DNA of 64,000 nucleotides, taken from positions 1 through 64,000 of the forward strand of contig QPMI01000236.1 of NCBI GenBank assembly GCA_004431415.1, given 5' to 3'. Position numbers and translations under genes: made by a program. The notes below the pieces were generated by a model, which saw nothing but the letters and a program-made list of their open reading frames with translations, was not told the origin of the DNA and made no database searches. The stretch comes from Cyanophora paradoxa CCMP329 (Eukaryota > Plantae > Glaucophyta). This document shows, one piece after another, positions 32,001-46,320 of the stretch (the stretch's first letter is position 1; every line of letters starts with the position of its first letter).

Positions 32001-35000
32001 CGGGCCGCGTGCGTGCGCCCCGACTGACGCGCCGGCCGCCGCCGCCGCCGCCCCCGCAGGTGCTGGCGCAGGACGAGGGCTCGAAGTGCATCGCGACGCA
32101 CGAGGCGGACAAGCCCAAGGGCGTCATCCCCGCGCTCTCCTCGTGCATCGTGGCCCTCACGCTCACCCCGGAGCGCCTGGGGCCCATCTCCCTCCCCGTC
32201 TACTTCAAGGTGGCCGGCTCGGAGGGCCCGCCCCTCTCCACCACCCTCTCCTGCAACTGCGTCGGCCCGACCGTCACCCTCGACACCGCCAGCCTCGACT
32301 GGGGCTCCGTCGCCGTCCTCCAGCCCTGGGAGCGCACCCTCACGCTCCACAACCCCTCGCTCATCGCGGCCGAGTACAAGGCCTTCTTCAAGCGCGCCTC
32401 GGTCTTCTCGCTGGAGAAGCACCAGGGGCGCATCCCGCCGGGCGGCAGCGAGGCGCTGCGCATCACGGCGAACCTGGACGAGACGCAGAAGTTCGACGAG
32501 GAGCTCCGCGTCATGATCACCGACGCCGACGACAAGGTCGTGCGGCTGCACGCCAAGGGCACGGGGACGACCGTCTGGTGCGCCCACCCGATGGACACGA
32601 TCGACTTCGGCAACCTCTTCACCAACCGCGGGCGCGTCTCCTGTCTCATCTATCTTATCTTAGAAGCTGACGGCTGGGGCAGGACGGTGAAGGAGATCGT
32701 GCTGGAGAACCGCGGGCGGAGGACGCAGACGCTGGTCTGGTCCTACAAGGACCCCAAGAAGAACCGGAAGCGGCCGGCGGACGCGCCGCCCGAGGAGCCC
32801 GAGGTCTTCCAGTGGCAGCCGCAGCGCGTCAACGTCGAGCCCAAGACCGCCGTGGTGAGCGGGGCCGGGCCGGGCCGGGGCTTAGCGGGCGGGGGGCTCA
32901 CGCCGGGGCGCGCGCAGATCTTCGAGGTGCGGGCGGCGTGCGCGCGGAACGGGACGGCTTCGGAGCAGTTCGTGTGCACGACGACGGTCGGCAAGACGCA
33001 GAAAGTGGTCTTCGAGAGCACGCTGGTCGCCAACTTCGTCGACCCGCTCCTCGAGTGGTCGGCCCCGGGGCTCACCTTCACGTACGACTACGAGCCGGGC
33101 GTGCCCATCCGGCCCCAGACGATGCCCGTCACGCTCAAGAACGTCTCGCTGCTGCCGCTCGAGTTCCACCTGCGGACGCAGGTGCCCTTCTACGTCGAGG
33201 GCGGCGAGCACTCGCTGCAGCCGGGCGAGACGTGCACCGTCGCCGTGCAGTTCGACCCGGGCTTCCGTAACGACAAGCAGAGCGCGCGCATCACGAACAA
33301 GCTGAACGTCATCTACCGGGAGCACCCGCAGCGGGACAGCCTGCCGCTCGTCGGGGAGATCAACTTCCCGAACCTCACGTTCGAGTCCAACAAGATCGAC
33401 TTCGGGTGCGTCCTCAACGAGACGGCCAAGCGCGTCGTTGTCGAGTTCTCCAACAAGAGCAAGATCGAGGTGCTTATCATTATTGTTTTACCGTCTAGCT
33501 TTCTCTTCTTGTTCTGATTGCTTTGTGTTTGCAGGCCTCGTACCAGTGGTTCTTCATCGAGGACGAGGAGCCGGCGAAGCACGACGACACGCTCTCGGTC
33601 AACGCGGCGCCGCTGGGGCCGGCCGGCTCCGCCACCAACCCGCCCAGCGGCGCCGCCTCGGCGCGCACCAACGTCCCCGAGGGGACGCCGGCGCCGGTGC
33701 CGGCGGCGCCGTCCAACACGCGCGCGGCGCGGGCGGCGGCCGCCGCCGCCGCAGCGGCGGCGGCGCTCCCGCCCGTGCCGGTGAACCAAGTCTTCGACAT
33801 CCGGCCCATCCGGAGCGTGTTGAAGCCGGGCGAGTCGGAGCGGGTCGAGTTCGTCTTCTACGGCCACACGAACCGCAAGTTCAAGGGCTCCGCCGTCTGC
33901 GACGTCTCCGGCGGGCCCGAGTACGAGTTCCAGGTCCGCGAACGAACGCGCAAGAAAATGAGATTCATTCCCTTGGATCTAATCTAATCCAATCCAACCC
34001 ACCCGAACAGGTCTCGGCGGAGGCGAGCCAGGTGCAGTACAAGCTGGACACGCGGTCCATCGCGTTCGAGCCGCAGCAGTACGACAAGCAGGAGGAGCGC
34101 GAGATCGTGCTCTCCAACACGGGCCGCGTCGGCTTCGCGTACACGATCTCGACGGCGGCCGTGCAGCGCCCGGGGGCCCTCGAGATCTCCCCGATGTCGG
34201 GGCGCGTCAACGCCCACGAGAAGGCCAAGCTGGTCGTCAAGTTCATGCCCCGCGTCCCCGACCGCGCCGTCGAGAAGTTCCACATCCAGGTCCGCCTTTC
34301 GTTCGTTTCCACATATCTAATCCAGTGCCTTTCGTCTTAGCTCCCGCCTCCCACCTCAGGTCGCGCACTTCGACCCGGAGGAGATCACGGTGACGGGCGA
34401 GGGCCTCTTCCCATGCCTCCTCCTCACGCTCCCGCGGCTGGAGGACGAGCGCCACAAGGCGGCCGTCGAGGCGGTCCTCGCGAACCCGCCCCGCCTGCCC
34501 CCGCCCGGCACGCCCTACTACGGCCAGCCCCCGCCCCCCTCGCCCGGGCCCGGCGGCGCCCCGGCCCCGGCCGGCGCCGCCGCCGCGGAGGCGGCGCTGG
34601 AGAGCATTCCGGAGGGCAACGCCTTCGAGGCGACGACCGGCTCGCTGCCGCTGTCGGCGGGGCCGGCCTCCATGGGCGCCTCGGGCAAGGGGCCCCCGGG
34701 CGGGGGCAGCACGGGCCGCCGCGCCGGCGCCTCGACGCCGGGGAGCAACCGGAGCGGGCCGCGCTTCTCGGCGGCGCCGATCAAGCTGCCGAACCTGGGG
34801 CAGGGGCCCCTGGACGCCCTCGGGCTCGCCGAGGTCGACCGCCGGGTACGCGCGAAGTCTTAGCCCGGGGCCTCATCGGGAAGCGTTCCTCTGAGCGTTC
34901 CTCCGCGCAGATCCTGCTGCAGAACGTGACCGAGTTCCTGGCGGAGGAGCAGCGGCAGCCGCCGCGCTCGGCGGGGGCGCAGGGGGCGGCGGGGGGACAG

Positions 35001-38000
35001 GGGAGCGACAGCGCGCGGGCCGGCCGCGGCACGAAGATGCCGCGCGAGATGCGCCCCCTCGCCACGTACGTCTGCGACTTCGGGAACGTCGTCAAGGGCA
35101 CCACCCGCAAGAAGTCCTTCAAGGTGCCCCAGTACCCCCCTCCTCCACCCCCCTTGTACTCACTCTACCCCGTACCCCCCCCCAAAAAAGGCCTCGACGG
35201 TGAGCTGGCTGGCGTCGACCTTCGAGTTCGTGAAGGCGGCGCTGCTGGGGACGGGCCTGACGGTGACGCCGGATCGCGTGCCCCGCATCGGGGGCTTCCC
35301 CGAGTGCGAGGTCATGGACCTCGCGGTCATCTTCACGGCCACGAAGAAGGAGCTCGCCCTGGGGCCCTTCCAGGTCCATCTTTCCCCTACCCCTCCCTGC
35401 TCCGCCCCGCCCTTCTCAGCTAACCTTGCCTTCCTCCCCTCGCCAGGTGGACGTGCCGCTGGTGATGAAGGACGGCCCGGCGCACGTGCTCTCGGTGCGG
35501 GCGAACGTGACGGTGCCCGACGTCAAGCTCTCCGCCGATGTCCTCGACTTCGGCCGCATCGCCCTCGGCCAGTGCCGCGTCATGTACCTCCAGGCCCGCC
35601 TTCTTCTTCTTCTCGCTTCGTTTGAGCCTCTTCTGACTGACGGCTCTCCGCCTCGCCTCGCCCCGGCAGGTCCTGAACTACCGGGAGGTGCCCTGCGAGT
35701 GGGGCTTCAAGCGGAGCCAGGAGGCGGCCAAGGAGCTCGCGCCCTTCACCTTTAACCCGGAGGGCGGCATCCTCCAGCCCAACGAGCGCGTCAACGTCGA
35801 GGTCCGACCGCGGACTGCTGAAGGGATCAGCGATAGAGGCTTAGAAGCGTCGCGCAGGTGACGTACACGCCGCTGGAGGAGCGCAAGTCGGCTTTCAAGC
35901 TGCCCGTGCGGGTGAACCAGAACCCGCGCTCGCTGAGCCTCGCCGTGCGCGCCTCGGCGGCCTCGCTCGGCGTCAAGTTCGAGCCGTCCAGCGTCGACCT
36001 GGGCGCCATCATGCCCCGCACCAAGCCGGCCGAGCGCATTGTCAACCTCGTCAACACCTCCGAGGTCCCCGTCGAGGTCCGCTCAGATCTGATCCGATCT
36101 GATCTGATCTGATCTGATGCAACCCTCGGATCTGATCTGACCCGGGCCGGGCCCCGGGGTACAGGTGTACAGCTTGGACCTGGACATGCTCTACCTGGAG
36201 GAGGAGGACGCCCTGCGGTACGCGAAGGGGTACCAGAGGAACGTTCTCCTGCTGGAGCCGCGGCCCCCGGGGGCGCCCCTGCCCGAGGCGCTGGTGGCGG
36301 AGGCGAAGGCGCGCAAGGCGCGGGAGCTGAGCCCGCCGCTCGGGCCGGACGGGCAGCCGATTCCGGAGGAGGTCGAGGTCGAGCCGGACCGGGCCGTCCA
36401 CGTCGTCGTGGCGGGGCCCAGCGGCGTCGGCAAGTCGACGCTCGCCGCGCAGCTCGCCGCCCGCTACCGCGTCCCCGTCCTCACCCTCGACGGACTCCTC
36501 CAGGCCGCCATCGACGCCGGTACCCCCGCCGGCCTCGAGGCCTTCGCGGCCCTGTACCCCGACCTCGCCGCCCCTGCCGCCCCCGCCGAGGGCGCCTCCG
36601 ACCCCTCCTCCGCCCCCACCCCCGGCCCGGGCTCCGCCCCGCCCCCGGCCGCGAGCCCCGTCCCCGAGCAGCACACGCCGGCGCCGCCGCCGCCGCCGCC
36701 GGCCGCCAGCCCCGCCCCGCCCAGCGCCAGCTCGCCGATCCCCGGCGCCTCCGCGACGCCCTCGGCCGACCGCTCCGCGTCGCCCGAGGCCGGGGCGCCG
36801 GGGACCATCCCCGTGGAGCCTCCGGCGCGGCCGGCGGTCACGGTGGGCGTGACGGAGGCCAAGGGCGCGCTGGAGGCGGCGACGGTGACCAAGGTCGTGC
36901 AGGAGCGCATGGCGCAGCCCGACTGCGCGCTCGGCTTCGTCTTCGACGGGCTGGCCTCGAAGGTCCTGGCCTCCCCCGAGGCGGCCGCGGCGGCCGTCGT
37001 CGACGCCGTCCACACGCGCGTCTGGTTCTTCGCCGCCATGCAGCTCCCGGACCCGCTGGCGCTCGCCGCCCGCCGCCGCCCGCCGCCCCGCCCCCGCCGA
37101 GCGGCCCGAGGGCGAGGAGGCCGCCGCCGCCCCCCCGCCGCCCCCGCCCGAGCCGGCGCCGGAGGCCCCGCCGCCCAAGGAGGCCCCGGCGAAGGGCAAG
37201 GACGGCAAGGACAAGAAGAAGGGCAAGGCGGAGGCTGAGGAGATCCCGGAGGAGCCGCAGGACGTGAAGGAGGCGCGTGCGGACCTGGAGGCGTGGGCCG
37301 AGGCGCTGCGGGTCGCCCAGTGGGTCGTCCGCTCCCGGGAGGCGGCGAAGAAGGGCGTCGAGATGCCAAAGCTCGAGGAGCCCAAGGGCAAGGACGGCAA
37401 GGGCGGCAAGGACAAGCCGGGGGAGAAGGACGCGAAGAAGAAGAAGGACGCCGGCCCCCCGATCGAGGAGCTGGTCCCCATCGACGCGATCCTGCGGCTC
37501 GTGCCGGCGGAGAAGCCGGCGGACGCGCTCTTCCAGGAGCTGTGCGAGGGGCTCCCGCCGCCGGTGCCGCCGCCGGTGAACCCCTTCGAGGCGATGGAGA
37601 TCCCGCCCCCGCGCACCATGCAGATCGTGCACAAGCCCAACGTCCGCGGCAAGCGCGCTCCCATCGCCCACTTCTCCGTCCTCACCCCCGTCGCCGAGCC
37701 CCCACCGCCCCCGCCGCCCTCCGCGGGCGCCGGCGGCCCGGACGCCCCTCCGCTGCCGGCGGTGACGCCGGCCGCGGGCGACGCGCCGGCCGCGTCGCCC
37801 GCGCCGGCGGCTTCGGACAGCAAACCGGGGACGGCGGCCGGGCAGTCGCGGCCGCAGTCCAAGGGCTCCGAGTCCTCGCGCCCGGCGACCAGCAAGGACG
37901 CCAAGGCGAAGGAGCAGGAGGCGGCAGCAGCGGCGGCGGCGGCAGCGGCAGCAGCGGCCGCCGCCGCCGGGCCGCCGGAGACGAAGTACGAGCGGCCGGC

Positions 38001-41000
38001 GCGGTGGGTTCTGCAGCCGAAGCAGTCGCTGCCGCTAAAGCTTCAGTTCGCGGCCGAGGAGCCCGAGGTCGTGGGCGAGACGCTGGGCTTCGAGGTCCTC
38101 AACCAGGGGCCGGGCCACCCCCGCGAGATGCACCTCAAGTGCCGCGGCGTCTGCGCGTACCCCCAGATCTCGGGCGACCCGCGCAACGTCTTCCTCCGCA
38201 AGACGAAGGGCGGCGACGAGAGCAAGATCATCGTCAAGCAGTTCGTCTCGAGCCGGGACCGCTACGAGTTTGGCCCGCTGCTCGCCGGCAAGAACAAGGA
38301 GGGCTACCAGGCGGGCAAGCACCCGGAGAACCGGGAGAAGTTCCGCATCACGAACAACGGGCTCTTCGACTGCAAGGTCTCGTTCTTCCTGGAGAAGCAC
38401 CCGACGGGGCCGTTCTACCTGGACCCCCCCACCATGGAGCTCAAGGTGGACGAGACGAAGGAGCTGACCGTGTGGGCCTTCCCGGAGGCTGTCGGGCCCT
38501 TCGAGGAGACCCTCGTCTGCTGCGTCAAGGACAACCCGCAGCCGGTCGCCTTCAACCTCCACTGCCTGGGCGCCAAGCCCGAGGTCAAGCTCGACAAGTC
38601 CGAGCTGCAGTTCGACCGCCTGCTCATCCCGCGGGAGGACACGATGACCTTCACGGTGACGAACGTCGCGCCGCTCGCGTGCAACTGGCGCCTCGTCGGC
38701 GCCGACACGGCCGGCGCCGAGTGGCGCATCGCCCCGACGAGCGGCACGCTGGAGCCGAAGGGCGCCGTCACCGTGACCGTCCAGTTCCACGCCAAGGACC
38801 CGGCCGTGCTCAAGAAGGACCTGACGGTCGAGATCACGGACGCCGGCGGGCTCCTCGGCGTGGCGCAGACGCTCCCCGTCGTGCTGCAGGCCGAGGCCTT
38901 CAGCGTGAACCTCGAGACGGACACGACGGCGCTCGACTTCGGCGTGATGCGCGTCCTGCAGGAGGACAAGCGCCAGATCAAGCTGCTGAACAAGGGCAAG
39001 TACGACATCGGCTTCAAGATCCTCGTCAAGAAGAAGGCGCTGCGCGACATGTTCACCATCACGCCCTCCGAGGGCGTCCTCAAGCCTACGGAGGCGCCCC
39101 CGCCCCCGCCGGGCTCCAAGGCGCCGCCGGCCAAGGCCCCCGCCGTGGCGCCCACGGTCGTCGAGTTCGCGCTCAAGGCCCACGGGGAGGTCACCCTCAA
39201 GGACAGCCTCGACATCAAGATCCAGGCGAGCCGCCCCGTCCATCTCTCCATCTATGTCCAGATGGCTTCCTTCGCCTCGGCTCTCTTCCTGACGCGCGTC
39301 CGTCCCGCCCCGCGCGCAGGTGATCGAGGCGTCGTCGAGCGAGGTGCTGCCGTCGGTGGTCCCGATCAAGATCAACGCGCGCGTGCTCTACGCCAAGTAC
39401 GCCATCACGCCGCTCCGCGGCCTCAGCTTCGGGCCCCTCCTCGTCGGCACCCGCAAGACCCGCACCTTCGACATCGTCAACCAGGTCCGGCCCCCTTCTT
39501 CTTATCTATCTGGTTCCTAGACTGACTTTGTGCGCCGCGCAGGGCGAGTTCGACTTCAACTACACGATCGCGAAGATGCCGGCGGAGCTGCGGCCGCCCT
39601 CCTCGCAGCAGCCGGCCGCGCCAGCCTCGGCCAGCGGCGCCCCGCGGCCCGCCGCGCCCGCCGCCGCAGCCGCAGCCGCGCCGGCAAGCCGGCGGCGCCG
39701 GCGGCGGCGGCCGGGAAGAAGGGCGCGCCGGCGGCGGACGCGCTGACGGTCGGGAGCTTCGTGGTGACGCCGAGCCTGGGGAACGTGCCGGCGGGGGCGA
39801 CTCAGACGATCTCGGTGGAGTTCCTGGCGGACGCGGGGGCCGCCTCGGCGGAGGTCCTCGCCATCGACATCGCGGACCGGGAGCCGACGGAGCTGCGCGA
39901 GGGCGTGCCCTACGAGCTGATGGGGGAGACCTGCGTCCCCGGCATCAACACCTGGGACCTCGAGTCCATCTTCGAGGAGCAGCAGGTGCGCGCGAGGCCG
40001 CGCCGCGTTTCTGTCTCTCTGCGGGAAGCTGAGAGATGGCCGTCCGCCGCGCAGGTGGTGAAGCGCCTGGCGGACGTGCCGTTCACGGTCTCGGGCGCCG
40101 GCTCGGCCGGCAAGCACGTCTACGCCGAGGAGGAGCGCGTCTTCTCGTTCGGGGCGATCGTGGCGGGGCAGAGCCGCCAGGAGCGCTTTAAGCTCGTCAA
40201 CCCGATGAAGATCCCGTGCGACGTCAACGTGACGATCAAGCCGCGCGCGGCGGCCAAGGGCGTCACGGCCGGCGCCGAGGCGGCGTTCGACGTGGAGCCG
40301 AAGAAGCTCCACATCCCGACGCACGAGCACCGCTACGTGACCGTCACCTTCGCCCCCGCCGAGCTCAAGTCGTACGTCGCCGTCTTCGAGGCCTCGGTGG
40401 AGCAGGGGACGGACCCGAAGACCAAGGCCCTCACGTTCGAGGTCCGCGGCGACGGCACGATCCCGAGCGTCCTCGTCGAGCAGCCGCACGCGCGGGCGCC
40501 CACGGGCCAGCTCCTCCTCCAGTTCGCCCGCCTGCTGCTCGGCAAGGCGCAGACGGCGCCCGTCGTGCTCCGCAACGACGGGATCCTCCCCGCGACGGTC
40601 CGCGTCTCGATGCAGGCGTCGAAGTGCTTCAGCTGCGCGGGGACGGGCAGCTTCGTGCTGGAGAGCAAGAAGGCGCACACGCTCGACGTGCGCTTCTCGC
40701 CCATGGAGGCCGGCAAGTTCTCCCACGAGCTCCGCGTCTCCGTCGCCGACAACAAGTTCGAGGACAACGTCATCCTCCTCCAGGTCCGTTCGCTGGCCGG
40801 GCTCGCTTGCTGCTGGGCTGGTCGCTGTCGCCTGCTTCTTCTTCTTCCTCTGAGGCTTCGCTCCGCAGGGCGAGGGGTACCAGGACGACGTGACCTTCGA
40901 CGACCTGCCGGAGGAGTCGGCGGACACGCTCAAGTTCGAGGACACGACGGTGGGCAACCCGCGGCGGGAGACGTTCACGCTCAAGAACCACTCGGGCGAG

Positions 41001-44000
41001 CACAAGCGCTTCGAGTGGAAGGGCCACCCGGACTTCACGGTCAGCCCGGCGGTGGGGCACCTGCACGCGCGCTCGCAGAAGGACGTCACGATCACGTTCA
41101 ACGCGCCCGAGCCGCGCAAGCACAAGGACCTGCAGGTCTTCGTCAAGCTCGTGACGATCAAGTACCCCGACGAGCCGGTGGACTGGGACGACCGCCACAA
41201 GGTCGTCAAGTGGATGTCCGAGGCCGAGGCCGCGGCGGCCGCCGCCGCGCAGGCGCAGGCCGCGGCGGCGGCCGCGGGCGGCGCCAAGGGCGGCAAGGGC
41301 GGCCCGGCGAAGCCCGCGGCGGCGGCGGCGGCGGCCGCGACCTCGCGGACCGCGTCGCCGGCGCCGGGGCACCAGGACGCGACTGGCAGCCTGCAGGCCT
41401 CGTCGGGCGCGGTGGGCCCGAACGGCATGCGGCGCGTTGTGGAGACGGAGAAGGAGCCGGCGTGCGAGCAGGCGGCGCCGAACACGGCCAAGGAGCTCAA
41501 GCTGCTGGTCAACGCGACGTCGGACTTCGCCAAGTTCGAGTGCGCGACGGAGAAGGTCGCCTTCAAGCAGACGATGATGTACCAGAGCCGCACCTTCTCG
41601 TTCCCGTTCAAGAGCACGTCGACGGCGCGCTTCGACTACCGCTGGTACTTCTGCGACGAGGAGGGCGCCGAGATCGTCGCCGGCCTGCCCTTCTCCGTCG
41701 AGCCCCCGTCGGGCCTCCTCGGCCCCGGCGAGACCTCCCTCATCCAGGTCAGTCCGTCCGTCTGCGCCCGCGCGCCGCAGAGGAGGGCGCCGCTCACGTG
41801 CTGACGCGCGGGCCGCTCTCTCTCTCTCCCTCAGGTCAAGTTCGCTCCAGAAGACGCCGACGTGTACGAGTGCCGGCTGGCGTGCTCGATCCCCGGCGTG
41901 CAGCCGGGCGCCAAGCTCCCCTCCCTCCACGTCTCGGGCCGCAGCGCCCGGCCCCTCTGCCACTTCGACCTCCCCGAGTCGGACTACGTCGCCGGCGGCC
42001 GCCGCAACCCGGAGCTGCGGGGGCCGGCGGGGCGCCTCGGCCCCCTCGACCCCGCGACGCGCGTCGTCGAGTTCGAGTCGCTGGGCGTCAAGGTCGGCCC
42101 TGTCTCGCCTGTCTCGCCTTCGCCCTCCCGCCCACGCCCCCGCCCCCGCCCGCAGGTCCGGAACACGAAGCGGTTCTCGATGCTGAACCCGACGAACGTG
42201 AGCTACGAGTTCCAGTGGGTGCCCGAGGAGGACGACCCGGCGGCCTCGGCCGGCGTCTTCAAGGCGACCGTGCGGCACGGGATCATCGGGGCCGGCAAGA
42301 ACGCCGAGATGGCCTTCGAGTACACGCCGGACAAGGCGGCCCTCGCCGAGTCCTTCTGGCGCTTCAAGATCCCCGAGCACGGCGTCGACGTGCCCTTCCT
42401 GTTCGTCGGGCACGTCGCCGAGCCGGACGTGAGCCTGGACCGGCCCCACATCAACTTCAACTACGTGCTCCTCGGCGGCGCCGCCTCGGAGACCGTCTAC
42501 CTCATCAACCGCGAGCACATCCCCTTCGCCTTCTACTTCGACATCAAGGTGCGTCTGATATATTAAGTTGGAGATTACACAAAGATTCCCTGGCCCGGCT
42601 GACTCGAGCGGCAGGAGAAGAACGCGGTGCTGGAAGTGAACCCGCCGGCGGGGACGGTCCCTCCGGACGGCCAGCAGGCGGTCACGATCCGCTTCCGCCC
42701 GAACGCGGAGAAGCAGTTCAACTTCAACCTCTCCTGCGTGATCCGGAAGAAGCCGTCGCGGCTGGCGCTCAACGTCAAGGGGGAGGGGTACCAGATCCAC
42801 GAGGCGCTGCAGCTCGACGACGGCTCGGGCAAGCCGCTGGAGCTCGCATCCGGCTCGGTCAACTACGTCGACTTCGGGCAGGTGCAGGTCAACGAGCGCC
42901 GCACGCGCGACGTCGTGCTCGCGAACACGGGCAAGTTCAAGTTCGACTTCTCGTGGACGCTCCCTCCCCAGGCCCTCGTCTCGATCACGCCGCCCGTGGG
43001 CACCGTCAACCGCGGCGAGCGCGTCGCCTGCCAGATCGCCTTCTGCCCGACGGGCGAAGCGTCGGTGGAGAACCTGCGCGCCGTCTGCCAGGTCGCGCAC
43101 GGCCGCTCGTACCCGCTCGTCATCTCGGGCAAGGGCGCCAAGCCGGCCCTCAACTTCTCGTTCTACGCGCACGACTTCGGGCCGCAGTTCCTCCACAACC
43201 AGGGGACCGCGCCCGCCAAGGTGCGAACGAAGGGGCGCCCCTCGCCCCCCGCGCGTCCCGCCTCCTGACGGCCCTCGGGGCCGCAGGCGACGCTGCGGAT
43301 CACGAACGAGGACTCGCACGACATCATGCTGGAGCCGCTCTTCGAGAGCAGGCCGCACCTCGAGGTCGACGCGACGCCCACCGTCCTCGCCCCCCGCGAC
43401 TCCATCCAGGTACCCCCCGACCCGCCCTTGTTCTCCTGCCCTCGCAGTTTCGTTCTCTGAACCGCCCCGCCCCGGCGCAGGTCCCGATCACGTTCATGCC
43501 GCGGGAGCTGGTGGCGTACAAGGAGACGCTGCCCTTCCAGGTCAACGGCTCGATGAAGGTCAACGTGGTCGTCTCGGGCGAGGGCGCCGTCCCCAAGCTC
43601 GAGCTCGTCAGCGCCCAGCAGGGCGCCGTCGCCTTCGGCTCCCTCCGCGTCAACCAGAGCGCCTACCGCGCCGTCAAGGTCGCCAACCGCTCCAAGTGCG
43701 CCGCGACCTTCTCCCTGGAGCAGGCGGCCCGGCGGCTGGCACAGCTCGGCGTGAGCCTCAAGCCGGCGACGCCCATCACGCTGCGGCCCAAGGACGTCGC
43801 GACGGTCGAGCTCTCGTTCAGCCCGACGGCGCGCATCCCCGCGTTCAACGTGGAGGTTGCGGCGGAGCTCGCCGGCGTGCAGCGCCCGCTCTTTGTCGTG
43901 ACGGGCGCGTGCCACGGCATCGAGCTCAAGCTGGAGAACAGCGTCGTGCCCTTCGGCGCCTGCGTCCTCAAGTCGCGCGTCCTGCGGCGCGTGCACCTCG

Positions 44001-45849
44001 AGAACACGGGCGACATCGGGACCAAGTTCCGGTGGAACGCCGGCCGCTTCGCGCCGGACTTCACGGTCTTCCCCGTGGAGGGCCACCTGGCGCCCAACGA
44101 GGACGTCAACATCGAGGTGCGGCGGCCCCCGCCCCCGCCCCGCCCGCCCGCTGCTCCGTCTTTGAGCGCCGCCTCTGACCTCCCCGGCCCCGCTCCGCTC
44201 TCAGATCACGTTCCAGCCGACGCGGCTTTCGAAGGACGTGCGGTACGAGAAGCTGGAGCTGTACGTGGAGGGCGGGGAGACGCAGTTCCTGACGCTCACG
44301 GGCATGTGCCTCGCGGCCACGCCCGAGGCGGCCGCCCTCGACTTCAAGGTCCCCGTCCGCGAGAAGCAGGTCAAGTCCATCGCGATCGCCAACAAGGTCC
44401 GCGTCTGACGCTCTTTCGCCGGTTTCGATCGCCTCTGACGCTCTCTCTTTCTTTGGCCAGACGGCGAGCGCGTGGGCGCTGCGGCCCGTCATCGACAACG
44501 AGACGTGGTCCGGGCCCGAGACGCTCGACGTCGCGGCGGGGGCCTCGGCGCAGTACGAGGTCACGTACCGCCCGCTCTCCATGACGGGCGCCGACGCGGA
44601 GAGCAAGCACAAGGGTAGCCTCTTCTTCCCGCTCCCCGACGGCAGCGCCATCCTCTACAACCTCGTCGGCTCGGCCGACCCGCCGGCCTCGGCCGGCGAC
44701 GTCGCGGCCGAGATCCCGTGCAAGAAGAGCGGGCAGGTCGAGCTCAAGGTCTCCAACTGGCTCAAGCGCTCGCAGCGCTTCCGGGTGACGATCGCGCCGG
44801 ACAAGCCCGACCCGCTGACGAGCCTGCGGGGCCCCGACTACATTGACGTACCCGGGCTCTCGGAGCGTGTCTACCGCCTGCACTTCTTCGCGTACAAGGA
44901 GGGGCCCTGCACCGCCACCGTCACCTTCACGGACGAGAAGACGAACGAGTACCTCTTCTACAAGCTCTCGATCAAGGCCACGGCGCCCGAGGTCATGCAG
45001 GCGATCCGCCTGGAGACGCCCGTCCGCTCGGCGCTGCGGCACACGATTAGCGTGGAGAACCCGCTCGAGGCGGCGGCCTCGTTCGCCGCCAAGTGCGACG
45101 CGGCGGACGTGTCGTTCCCGGCGAGCCTCTCCGTGCCGCCCAAGTCGCAGGGCAAGCTGGAGCTCCAGTTCCTGCCGCTGACGCTGCGGGACGGGGCGAC
45201 CGTGCGCCTCACCCTCGCCTCGCCCGAGCTCGGGACGTACCTCTACGACCTCATTCTCAAGTCGACCAAGCCCTCCACGGAGAAGTCCATGCGCTTCACG
45301 GCGGCGCTCGGCACGCCCCAGACGCAGACCTTCCGCTTCACGTCCTACTCGCGGGCGCCGAAGACGGAGTACAAGTGCGAGTCGACGTGCCCTGACTTCG
45401 TCTTCGAGAGCGCCGTCGTCAACGCGCCGCCGGCGCCGGGGCCCGAGGGCGTCGAGTGCTCAGTGGAGGTGACGTACGAGCCCTCGGAGATCGGCGAGTC
45501 CAAGGGCACGCTCCTCATCCGGAGCGCGGCCGGCGGGGACTACGAGGTGCCCCTGCACGGCATCTGCGCGCCGCCGAAGCCGCAGGGGCCGTTCAGCGTC
45601 AAGGCCGGCGGCTCGGCCTCCATCCCCTTCAAGAACGTCTTCGCGAAGCAGCAGGACTTCTCGTACGCGGTCGACAACCCGGCCTTCTCCGTCAAGTCCG
45701 GCGAGAGCGTACCCCCCCGCAAGGCGACCGCCATCTCCGTCTCCTACAAGCCCCCCGCCGGCACCCCCGCCGGCACCGAGACCAAGGCCAAGCTCGTGGT
45801 CTCCTGCCCCAACTCCCCCCCCTGGATCTTCTACCTCCGCGGCGCGTAG
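29060..45849 (+). CDS. HYDIN: Hydrocephalus-inducing protein homolog (axonemal central-pair protein), multi-exon
   Basis: N-terminal PPKIVEFLNMSDYTHQ...DEPIFQPFPPQVVFQGYEPFKTYEAVLHLRNND; many ASH/Ig-like repeats (LDFG...L.N.S/G); central adenylate-kinase-like P-loop VAGPSGVGKST; C-terminal WIFYLRGA*. Dozens of short introns with ctgac/ctaa branch points. Confidence 0.96.
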
Positions 45850-46320
45850 GCCGCCGCCCGCCCGCCCGCCCCCGCGGCCCCCTCCCCCCTCCCGCTGTTC
45901 TTTTCCGCTCCCACCTCCGTCCCCCGCTCTGCGGCCCCCGGTTTTTCTTGGCAGGATTTATCTAGTTTTGGACGCGCGCCAGCGACTGTTAGGGAACCAG
46001 ATAGGTCAAGCTGTGTTCGAGTATAGATACAATGTCGAACAAGCCTCCAGCAGCTGCAGGAAGCCACTTGGGGCCAGTCTGCATGCACACTAGGATCTGC
46101 AGGCCTCCGGGATCCGCCCCATGGCCAAGCCGGAGGGCCGCGTGCTCGCATCATGCATATGCCCGAATGCTCGGCCGCGGCGGCTCGAGCTAGCTGCCAG
46201 GCTGGGCGGCCTGGGCCCAGCAATCTCACTACAGTGAAGGGGGAGCTCGAGCAAGAAGTGATTTACGGATACATTAGCAGAGATTATTATGTATGACCTG
46301 TAGCTGCAAAAGGGAGCGCC

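Noticed and set aside
36380-37050. P-loop kinase as an inserted foreign gene
   Set aside because: It matches the known adenylate-kinase-like domain within HYDIN.
39530-44584. 1684-aa ORF and long antisense ORFs as separate or overlapping genes
   Set aside because: These are off-frame read-through of HYDIN exons and introns, caused by very high GC content and scarcity of stop codons.
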